Shown: piece after piece, positions 24,050-31,010 of the stretch
Position numbering within the stretch: the first letter of the stretch is position 1
How the letters are laid out: every line of letters begins with the position of its first letter
From: Pirellula staleyi DSM 6068
GTDB taxonomy: Bacteria; Planctomycetota; Planctomycetia; Pirellulales; Pirellulaceae
Direction of reading: 5' to 3'
NCBI GenBank assembly: GCA_000025185.1
Contig: CP001848.1
Coordinates: 2,100,001-2,132,000, forward strand
Length of the DNA stretch: 32,000 nt
The notes under the pieces: model-generated
What the model saw: the letters and a program-made list of their open reading frames with translations, nothing else
Told to the model about the DNA's origin: nothing
Database searches by the model: none
Position numbers and translations under genes: made by a program

Positions 24050-24577
24050 ATGGACGTTCACTATCAAACCAACATGGAAACGAAGATTCGAAGGGCCGGA
24101 AATCGAACCAAAGCAGTCCCCGTGAACACCCGGGTTGCCAGCCGAAAACTACGCGTGCTGCTGGTGAACGAATGGGGCGGGCAGCTGGCACCGCTGATCG
24201 ACGTCTGCCAGCGCTGGGGGCATGAGGCACGGACGGCTCGCGGAGGCTGCGATGCCTTGCGAGTAGCCGCCTCGCAGCACCCTGATGTGGTGCTGGTGGG
24301 AACCGATTTCCCGGAAATGAATACCTGTCAAATGAGCCGACAGCTGCGTCGCGACTTTCCTCGCGATGCCTGCTTTTTAATCGCTGTGACCAACTCCCTC
24401 GACGACGGTTGTCGCGAGCAGTTGAGCGAAGTCGGTTTTGATCTTGCTCTGCCAGCTCCTGTCAGCATTGCAGTCGTCGAGACGCTGCTGATTCTCGAGT
24501 CGCTACGTGCGGTGCCTGCCACTGCCGTAGCGACTCGGGGAGCTTTACCAGCCAAGCCATCGCGTTCTTCTGCCTAG
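24050..24577 (+). CDS. Single-domain response-regulator receiver (REC)-like protein, several phospho-pocket residues substituted
   Basis: ATG at 24050 follows AGGTGGG. LRVLLVNEWGG...GGCDALRVAASQHPDVVLVGTDFPEMNTCQMSRQLR...FLIAVTNSLDD...GFDLALPAP shows NE in place of DD and LP where KP is expected. Confidence 0.7.
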   Translation: MDVHYQTNMETKIRRAGNRTKAVPVNTRVASRKLRVLLVNEWGGQLAPLIDVCQRWGHEARTARGGCDALRVAASQHPDVVLVGTDFPEMNTCQMSRQLRRDFPRDACFLIAVTNSLDDGCREQLSEVGFDLALPAPVSIAVVETLLILESLRAVPATAVATRGALPAKPSRSSA

Positions 24578-24695
24578 GTGGAAGATCGCGAGCGTTCTTT
24601 ACACAAAGTCGACTCGATCACAGCAGCATTTTGTTGTGAGGTCGCATGTTTCGTGGCGGGTCGCGATGACCCTGCTTCTAAGAAAGTGGTGATTT

Positions 24696-25445
24696 ATGAG
24701 TTATTTCCTACGAGCTGTCATGGCGCTTCCACTGGCTATGGCGATTGGCTGCACCCAAGGGACTGCGGGCGGGCCTGGCGTGGACGACAAGAGTGTCGAA
24801 AAGCCAACTTATGGACAAGCGGAAAACACTTTTAACTTGAGTGTCCCCGTGATGTCGTCCTCACTCCAGCAAGGTGTGGCCACCGACGTTACGGTCGGGA
24901 TCAAGCGGGCTGAAAACTTCGACCAAGATGTCACGCTGGTCTTTGCCGACCTGCCCAAAGGTGTGACTGTCGAACCTGCGAGTGCTGTGATTGGCCACGG
25001 TGATGAGGACGCGAAAATCGTCTTCAAAGTCGGGGACGAGACGGCGGTTGGCGACTACGTCGTCAAGGTGACAGGCCAGCCCAAGAGTGGTGCTGATGCG
25101 GTGGTTGATATGAAGTTCTCGGTGAGCGCCAAGGATTCATTCACGATCAGCCTCCCCTACCTTTCCACCTCGCTCAAGCAAGGTGAAACCAAGGAGTTTG
25201 TTGTCGGCATCAGTCGCGACAAAACCTTCGATGAAGATGTGACGCTGAAATTCAGCGAGATGCCCAAGGGTGTCACGATTGATAACGAAGCGCCTGTCAT
25301 CAAGCGGGGCGAATCGGAAGCCAAGCTCATGCTGACCGGCTCGGAAGATGCCGCGCTCGGTAACTTCTCGATCGATGTGACCGGCCATCCCGTAACCGGT
25401 GCCGATAGCGTGAAGCAGTTCAAGCTGTCGGTTGTCAAGCCTTAG
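24696..25445 (+). CDS. Lipoprotein built from two tandem Ig-like repeats of about 100 aa
   Basis: The lipobox is LAMAIGC. Repeat 1 is FNLSVPVMSSSLQQGVATDVTVGIKRAENFDQDVTLVFADLPKGVTVEP.... Repeat 2 is FTISLPYLSTSLKQGETKEFVVGISRDKTFDEDVTLKFSEMPKGVTIDN.... Confidence 0.8.
   Translation: MSYFLRAVMALPLAMAIGCTQGTAGGPGVDDKSVEKPTYGQAENTFNLSVPVMSSSLQQGVATDVTVGIKRAENFDQDVTLVFADLPKGVTVEPASAVIGHGDEDAKIVFKVGDETAVGDYVVKVTGQPKSGADAVVDMKFSVSAKDSFTISLPYLSTSLKQGETKEFVVGISRDKTFDEDVTLKFSEMPKGVTIDNEAPVIKRGESEAKLMLTGSEDAALGNFSIDVTGHPVTGADSVKQFKLSVVKP
24831..25442 (+). repeat. Intragenic tandem domain duplication (repeat 1 at 24831-25139, repeat 2 at 25140-25442)
   Basis: The two halves align by eye at protein level with conserved blocks (SL.QG, VG I.R...FD.DVTL.F...PKGVT, VTG.P..GAD.V). 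Divergence is high at the DNA level. Confidence 0.75.
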
Positions 25446-25524
25446 CACGTGGCGTGCAGTGAGTGCTCGCGAAATGTATCGCGTGATTTCAGTGGTTTCA
25501 TGAAGCGTCTCTGGAGATTGTCCC

Positions 25525-25680
25525 ATGTTAGGTACCATTCTGCTCGTCATCTTGATCCTCATGCTGCTCGGTGCCATTCCCCTTTGGCCACACAGTCGCA
25601 GCTGGGGTGCCCTACCAAGTGGTGGTCTAGGGCTGGTAGTGATCGTCGTTGTGATCTTGCTGCTACTCGGCAGGATTTAG
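25525..25680 (+). CDS. DUF3309-family small membrane protein (51 aa)
   Basis: It falls below the ORF-track cutoff. GGAG lies 8 nt upstream of ATG 25525. MLGTILLVILILMLLGAIPLWPHSRSWGALPSGGLGLVVIVVVILLLLGRI* matches the highly stereotyped DUF3309 pattern (TM, then P-x-W-P-x-S-R-x-W-G-x-x-P-S-G-G-L-G, then TM-LLLGRI). Confidence 0.85.
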   Translation: MLGTILLVILILMLLGAIPLWPHSRSWGALPSGGLGLVVIVVVILLLLGRI

Positions 25681-25706
25681 CGAATAAAACGAAGGTTCTC
25701 TGATCA

Positions 25707-25734
25707 CTGACGCTGGAGTGTGCTCCGGCGTCAG
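25707..25734 (+). other. GC-rich hairpin without U-tail after the DUF3309 gene
   Basis: CTGACGCTGGAG-tgtg-CTCCGGCGTCAG forms a 12-bp stem with one G.U pair, 27 nt after the stop. Confidence 0.5.
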
Positions 25735-25840
25735 CAGAGCGCCCGCTATTGGCGTTGGTCTGCCAGTTGTGATCGCAGGTGGCGACTACGTTTTGTAGTT
25801 CGCCTGTCAGTGACCACGATCCAAGGAAGAAGGTGTACCT

Positions 25841-26494
25841 ATGAGTATTCGAATGTTGTCGGTCGCTGTGTTGTTGGCAGGAACGGTTTTCGTCAGTCCC
25901 CTGCTGGGCGCTGATAAAGAGCCCAAGCCAGAAGTTGCTGACAAGGAAGCCAAGCTGACAGCTGGCGACAAGGAAGCAAAGCCCACGGATGCCAACGCCA
26001 AGGCCAAGCCGACTACGCATGATGGCAAAATCGTGAGTTGCTCGAATGTGAAGCTTGTGATGCTCGGAAAAGATTCCAAAGAGCATTCGCATGAATTGAA
26101 CAACGAGACACTCCTTACGCTCGATGGAAAACCGAGCAAGGCGAATGAACTGAAGGAAGGGACGAAGATCCGCGTGACGATCAGCAGCGAGGATGCCGCA
26201 GTGGCATGCCGCGTGGAAGCGATCGACAAGCTGACCGAGTACCCTGCCATCTCGCACGATGGCAAAGTGGTGAGCACCACCGACGGCAAGCTCGTAATGA
26301 CCAACCTGAAGGGTGCCCAAGAGCACAGCTGCATGATCACGGATGATGTCAAAATCACCTGCGACGGCGAAGCCTGCAAGCTCTCGGACCTCAAGCCAGG
26401 AACCAAGATTCGCGTGAGCTCGGAGAGTGCCAATCCTGAGACTGCCACTTCGATCGAAGCGATTGTGAAGAACCCTGACTTTGCCAGCCTCTAG
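25841..26494 (+). CDS. Secreted protein with Lys/Glu-rich linker and two 'HDGK' repeat domains of about 70 aa, function unknown
   Basis: The signal peptide is MSIRMLSVAVLLAGTVFVSPLLGA. Repeat 1 (26018 onward) is HDGKIVSCSNVKLVMLGKDSKEHSHEL..LTLDGKPSKANELKEGTKIRVT. Repeat 2 (26255-26470) is HDGKVVSTTDGKLVMTNLKGAQEHSCMI..ITCDGEACKLSDLKPGTKIRVS. Confidence 0.8.
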   Translation: MSIRMLSVAVLLAGTVFVSPLLGADKEPKPEVADKEAKLTAGDKEAKPTDANAKAKPTTHDGKIVSCSNVKLVMLGKDSKEHSHELNNETLLTLDGKPSKANELKEGTKIRVTISSEDAAVACRVEAIDKLTEYPAISHDGKVVSTTDGKLVMTNLKGAQEHSCMITDDVKITCDGEACKLSDLKPGTKIRVSSESANPETATSIEAIVKNPDFASL

Positions 26495-26622
26495 TCGCTG
26501 GTCCACGGTCGAGTAGCGAGCATTTTTCTCTGTAATCAAGGGAAATATGCCTCACAGCTGCTCTCCGTTGGTGCTGCACTTCTAGTCGAGCGGGCGGTCA
26601 ATTCAATCTCTCAGCCGACACA

Positions 26623-26650
26623 CTGGACACTGGCTTTGGCCGGTGTCCAG
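26623..26650 (+). other. GC-rich hairpin without U-tail
   Basis: CTGGACACTGGC-tttg-GCCGGTGTCCAG forms a 12-bp stem with one G.U pair. It lies 129 nt after stop 26494 and about 70 nt before the next start. Confidence 0.45.
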
Positions 26651-26721
26651 AGGCTGGGAGACGCAGGCCTGTCGCCGTGCGATGGGCCTACCTAAATCAA
26701 TTTATATGTGAAATGAGGCTG

Positions 26722-28416
26722 ATGATGAGTTTTTTCAAATGGAGTGGATGCACTCTGCCGGCGCTGGTCGCGGGCATGGTAGCAATCCTGGGAGTGAGCA
26801 GCGCGGTGGCCGTGCAGCGCGGTCCTCCCAGCGAGCCAGAGTCGTATGAGGTTTTGACGCGCGGACCTGTCCATGAAGCGTTCGCTGAGACAATAACATT
26901 CGATCCAGAACCAGGGCTTGTGACCACCAAGGTGGCACCTGAAGCGATCGAAGAATCACCCCCCGAAACTCGCCCTGAAGGGACCAATGTCGTTTGGATT
27001 CCGGGCTACTGGGCCTTTGATGACGAGCGCGACGACTTCCTCTGGGTCAGTGGAATTTGGCGCTCGATTCCTCCAGGACGGCAGTGGGTCGCAGGTTACT
27101 GGGCCACGAAGCGGACCGGATCGCAGTGGACTTCGGGCTACTGGGCCAGTGCGAAACTGAGTGAAGTGGAGTATCTACCTGAACCGCCTGCCACCGTGGA
27201 AGCGGGACCCAATGTCGACGCTCCCTCGGCCGACCATCGCTGGATTCCTGGCTGCTGGCTCTGGCAACAGAACCGCTATGCCTGGCGTCCTGGTTTCTGG
27301 GCGCTCGGGCAATCCAACTGGGACTGGGTCCCTTCGCACTACACGTGGTCGCCACGCGGCTATGTGTTTGTGGATGGCTACTACGATTACACCGTCGCGC
27401 AGCGCGGCGTGCTCTACGCACCGGTCTATTTCAACTCCAATAGCTACGCCAATCGAGGTTTTTCGTACTCCCCTCGGAGCGTGATCAACCTCTCGGTCTT
27501 TGGACAGCATCTGTTCCTGCGACCCAGCTATGGTCACTATTACTACGGTGATTACTACGGATCGAACTATCGCAACAACGGCTATTCCTCGTGGTTCTCG
27601 TTCCACAACAGCCGCGCGGGCTACGACCCGTTCTATGCCCATCAGCGGTGGCGTAATCGTGGCGACAGCACTTGGGATCAAACGCTCCGGACCAATTTCG
27701 AGCATCGTCGCGATCATGAAGAGGCCCGGCCTCCACGCGACTGGAACACGCAGCGCGATCGTTTGACTCGTGAAGAGTATCGCAGCGACCCCAACCATGT
27801 GATTGCGGAATCGATCACCGATTGGGAGAAGAATAAGCGTCAAGAGGTTCGTCTGAAGCCGATTGCTCCGAGCGAACGTGAGCAGATGAACAAGTGGTCG
27901 GCTGAAGGACGTATAGCGCGGCAGGAACGTGCCAAGCTGGAAGCGATGGAAGATCGGAATCCCGATGCGACCCTCCCCCGCGGAGCGACCAAGGGAAAGA
28001 TTCCACGGAGCCCTTACACCTCGCAACCGATCGAGCGTTTCGAGAATGGAAGTGGTCCACCGAAACTGGATGACGAACCCCGCCCCGATCCACGCGTGGA
28101 GCCCAAACCACGTCAGCCTCGCACCGGCAACGGACCTCCGCAGGGAACCGACGGGATTCGCAAACCGCGAACCGACCTTCCTGGCAAACAGAGTCCCCCC
28201 GAGACGAAGCCAGTCCCTCGTCCCGAAGTTCGGCCCGAAGTGAAGCCTGAGAAACAGCCTGATCGTGGTCCTCCACCAGGTGCTGGTCCCGGGAAGCCTC
28301 CACGCAATGTCGAGCCTCGCCCTCAGCCTGCTCCCTCCAATCCTGGTCCTGGCAAAGGATCGGGAGGACCTTCGCGTCCCGAAGGTAAGGGTAAGGGGAA
28401 GTCGAAGAACATCTAA
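26722..28416 (+). CDS. YXWGXW/WxxGxW-repeat protein with long basic Pro-rich disordered C-terminus
   Basis: ATG at 26722 lies within ORF 26677..28416, and a signal/TM segment is present. The repeats are WIPGYWAF, WVSGIWRS, WVAGYWAT, WTSGYWAS, WIPGCWLW, WRPGFWAL and YVFVDGYYDY. The C-terminal 200 aa or so are rich in R/P/E/K (PRPEVRPEVKPEKQPDRGPPPG...). Confidence 0.8.
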   Translation: MMSFFKWSGCTLPALVAGMVAILGVSSAVAVQRGPPSEPESYEVLTRGPVHEAFAETITFDPEPGLVTTKVAPEAIEESPPETRPEGTNVVWIPGYWAFDDERDDFLWVSGIWRSIPPGRQWVAGYWATKRTGSQWTSGYWASAKLSEVEYLPEPPATVEAGPNVDAPSADHRWIPGCWLWQQNRYAWRPGFWALGQSNWDWVPSHYTWSPRGYVFVDGYYDYTVAQRGVLYAPVYFNSNSYANRGFSYSPRSVINLSVFGQHLFLRPSYGHYYYGDYYGSNYRNNGYSSWFSFHNSRAGYDPFYAHQRWRNRGDSTWDQTLRTNFEHRRDHEEARPPRDWNTQRDRLTREEYRSDPNHVIAESITDWEKNKRQEVRLKPIAPSEREQMNKWSAEGRIARQERAKLEAMEDRNPDATLPRGATKGKIPRSPYTSQPIERFENGSGPPKLDDEPRPDPRVEPKPRQPRTGNGPPQGTDGIRKPRTDLPGKQSPPETKPVPRPEVRPEVKPEKQPDRGPPPGAGPGKPPRNVEPRPQPAPSNPGPGKGSGGPSRPEGKGKGKSKNI

Positions 28417-28459
28417 GGCAGGATGCTTTGGTCAGCGGTTTTCGAGTCATGGTTGGCTA

Positions 28460-28490
28460 GGACACCTAGTGTCTCGCACACTAGGTGTCC
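28460..28490 (+). other. Perfect 13-bp inverted repeat / hairpin between genes
   Basis: GGACACCTAGTGT-ctcgc-ACACTAGGTGTCC lies 44 nt after stop 28416 and has no T-run. It shares GGACAC/GTGTCC arms with the hairpin at 26623. Confidence 0.5.
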
Positions 28491-28543
28491 ACCGCCATGC
28501 TTGCGTCACAAGTTCGGCACTCCTGCGAATGGGAAAACAAGTT

Positions 28544-28738
28544 ATGAAACGGATCGTCGCGGTGGTGCTGCTGATTGCCATGGTTGCCATCGGCATCGGG
28601 TTTTATCGAGGCTGGATTTCGCTCCAGAATTCGGGTTCCGAAAACTCGGATGGCAAAGTGCAGCTGGGAGTGGATGTGGATACCGACAAGGCGCAGTCGG
28701 ATTTGGAATCGCTGAAGCCTTCCGGCACGTCTCCTTAA
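28544..28738 (+). CDS. Small N-terminally anchored protein (64 aa), hypothetical
   Basis: ATG at 28544 lies within ORF 28265..28738. MKRIVAVVLLIAMVAIGIGFY forms the TM anchor, followed by an acidic soluble tail (SENSDGKVQLGVDVDTDKAQSDLESL). Confidence 0.55.
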   Translation: MKRIVAVVLLIAMVAIGIGFYRGWISLQNSGSENSDGKVQLGVDVDTDKAQSDLESLKPSGTSP

Positions 28739-28879
28739 GACTCCCCTGCCGTTTGATATTTCTGTGCCCCAGTCCAGCTGGATTCGGCACTCACTCGTGA
28801 AGGTGCCATTGCATCAGATCGTGGCTCTGTGCCTCGTGGAATAATTGCCTCGCTCGTCCATCTTTCGCAGCAACCCTCT

Positions 28880-29131
28880 GTGGCGAGCACGCGGCTGATC
28901 GCCGCTCATAACGACAAAGGGTATGGATTCCTGATCGACGACCAAAAGCAGCAGATCTATTTTTCGCACGAAATGGTGGTTGGTCATCAAGGGTTTGATT
29001 TGCTGCGCCAAGGGATGCTGGTGGATTTCGTCCGCGACAGCAGCCCGTATCTGTGTGCCACATCGGTGCAGCAGGTGCCGGCCGAGTCTCGCGAAAAAGC
29101 CGATGGTGTCGAGCCAGACGAGCGCGCGTAG
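28880..29131 (+). CDS. Divergent cold-shock-domain (CSD)-like protein
   Basis: VASTRLIAAHNDKGYGFLIDDQKQQIYFSHEMVVGHQGFDLLRQGMLVDF parallels the CspA layout (MxTGxVKWFNxxKGFGFI....VFVHxSAI...GFxxLxEGQxVxF). GTG at 28880 gives a canonical-length N-terminus. The alternative start is GTG at 28829. Confidence 0.55.
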   Translation: MASTRLIAAHNDKGYGFLIDDQKQQIYFSHEMVVGHQGFDLLRQGMLVDFVRDSSPYLCATSVQQVPAESREKADGVEPDERA

Positions 29132-29178
29132 CGGTGTCTCATTCTCTTTCAGTTCTGAAGGAAGTTAGTGGTGATGAA

Positions 29179-29694
29179 ATGCATCGTGTCGTGATTGGAG
29201 ATCGTGTTCAGATTCAGTACGTCCGAATTCCAGTTGGCGAAGAGGCACCCGCGAAGCGACCGCGCCGCGTGAAGCTCGAATTCATCGCCGGTAGCAGCGA
29301 GGTGAGCCCAGCGCTCAGTCAGGCCGTGGCTGGCATGCTGCCGGGAGAGCATAAGCACCTGAAACTGCAGCCGAGTGAGGCATATGGCGAGATTCTGCCG
29401 AAGTTGATTCGGCAAGTTCCTCGCGAGCGGTTTCCGAAAGAACCGCCCCTGCAAGTTGGCCAGCGCGTCACGATGTCGATTCGATCCACGGGCAAAAAAC
29501 GTCGCGCAATTATCCGAGAAATTCAGCTCGAATCGGTGCTGATCGACGGCAACCATCCACTCGCCGGTCGCGAGATTTTGCTCGATATCGAGCTCATCGC
29601 CATGGCCACGATGTCTGCCTCCGAAGCGGCCGGCGCGATAAACGATCAAGACGAAGCTGCGGCCAAAAAGTCGGCCGAGCAACTCGAAGCATGA
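29179..29694 (+). CDS. FKBP-type peptidyl-prolyl isomerase, SlyD-like (with insert-in-flap domain)
   Basis: ATG at 29179 lies within ORF 29053..29694. GDRVQIQYV...[23 protein letters not shown]...VPRERFP...LQVGQRV...[19 protein letters not shown] shows the DGNHPLAG motif characteristic of SlyD-type FKBPs. Confidence 0.8.
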   Translation: MHRVVIGDRVQIQYVRIPVGEEAPAKRPRRVKLEFIAGSSEVSPALSQAVAGMLPGEHKHLKLQPSEAYGEILPKLIRQVPRERFPKEPPLQVGQRVTMSIRSTGKKRRAIIREIQLESVLIDGNHPLAGREILLDIELIAMATMSASEAAGAINDQDEAAAKKSAEQLEA

Positions 29695-29777
29695 TGTTCG
29701 CGTGTGGGAGTGAACGGAATCGCGCCGTCGATATCGGTTTTTTGGAAGTTTTCTCTAGGAACGATGAGGGGTGCTCC

Positions 29778-31010
29778 ATGCGTACCATTCGACCAGTTTT
29801 TCTGTCGACCTTTCCACCGGAAGAATGCGGACTAGCAACGTTTACTCAAGATACTGCCAATGCGGTGGATGCCGTTTCCGGGAGTACGGTCTCTTCGGTC
29901 ATTGCCATTCAAAAGACCCGTGCCATTCCGTGTGAAGATGCACGCGTGGTGCATGTGATCGATAACAGCCGACCGGATGCTTATAGCGAGACAGCGGAGA
30001 TTGTGAACGAAGGTCCTTGCGATGTCGTGAGTTTGCAGCACGAGTTTGGGCTCTATCCCGATGCTTGGGGAGAGCGGCTGATGGACTTTCTCTATCTCTG
30101 CGAGAAGCCGGTGGTGACCACCCTGCATACGCTCCTCACCGATCCGGCCCCTCTCCCCAAGCGGATCGTGAAAGAGATTGTCTCGCTCAGCAACAGTGTG
30201 GTGGTGATGACCGCTACTGCTTCGAAGTTGTTGCAAACGATCTACGACGTTGATCCAGGCAAGATTCGAATCATTCCGCACGGTGTGCCAGCGGTTCCTT
30301 TCCGCGCGAATAAGCAAGACAAACGTGCGATTGGTCTTACGGGACGACGAGTGATTTGCACGTTCGGTTTGATCAGCCGCGGCAAAGGGCTCGAGATGAT
30401 GATTCGGGCGATGCCGGCGATCGTCGCGAAAGTTCCCGAAGCGATGTACTTGATTGTGGGAGTGACGCATCCCCAGGTGCGCAAAGAAGAGGGAGAGGTC
30501 TATCGCGAAAGTTTGATGCAGCTCGCAGAGTCGCTCGGTGTGGCGGGGAACGTGCAGTTTGTGAACAAGTTCCTGAGTCTCTCGCAATTGCTCGAGCATC
30601 TGCTGGCCTGCGATCTGTTTGTGACCCCCTACCCTGGCAAGGATCAGATCGCCAGTGGCACGATGGCCTACGCCATGGCGACGGTCGGCGCGGTGATCAG
30701 CACCCCTTATCTCTATGCCCAAGAGGTGCTCGCGGAGAACCGCGGTCTCCTGACCCCTTTTGGCGATAGCGATGCGATGGCGCAAGCTGCCATTCATCTG
30801 CTGCAGAACGACGATGCTTTATTCTCGATGCGTGTGAAGGCGTATCAGTTTGCGCGAGCGATGTTCTGGCCCAATGTGGGGAAGCTTTATCTGAAATCAT
30901 TTCAAGACGCCGCGCTGCCAGCTTCGCGGCGGAGTGTGAGCTCGGCTCGTGAGCCCGATGCTTCTCTCGAACATCAAATTTTGACGCAAACCGTACAAGG
31001 ATGGGCATGA
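29778..31010 (+). CDS. Glycosyltransferase family 4 (GT-B, 'group 1')
   Basis: ATG at 29778 ([22 protein letters not shown]) lies within ORF 29691..31010. The C-terminal GT1 core is [15 protein letters not shown]...[10 protein letters not shown]...[21 protein letters not shown] (E-x7-E-region equivalent). Confidence 0.8.
   Translation: MRTIRPVFLSTFPPEECGLATFTQDTANAVDAVSGSTVSSVIAIQKTRAIPCEDARVVHVIDNSRPDAYSETAEIVNEGPCDVVSLQHEFGLYPDAWGERLMDFLYLCEKPVVTTLHTLLTDPAPLPKRIVKEIVSLSNSVVVMTATASKLLQTIYDVDPGKIRIIPHGVPAVPFRANKQDKRAIGLTGRRVICTFGLISRGKGLEMMIRAMPAIVAKVPEAMYLIVGVTHPQVRKEEGEVYRESLMQLAESLGVAGNVQFVNKFLSLSQLLEHLLACDLFVTPYPGKDQIASGTMAYAMATVGAVISTPYLYAQEVLAENRGLLTPFGDSDAMAQAAIHLLQNDDALFSMRVKAYQFARAMFWPNVGKLYLKSFQDAALPASRRSVSSAREPDASLEHQILTQTVQGWA

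Noticed and set aside
22271-29131. An ssrA-targeting genomic island or prophage remnant.
   Set aside because: No integrase or recombinase is present, no visible repeat of the ssrA 3' end occurs within the window, and no phage or mobility genes are present. The idea is retained only as a low-probability alternative in a finding.
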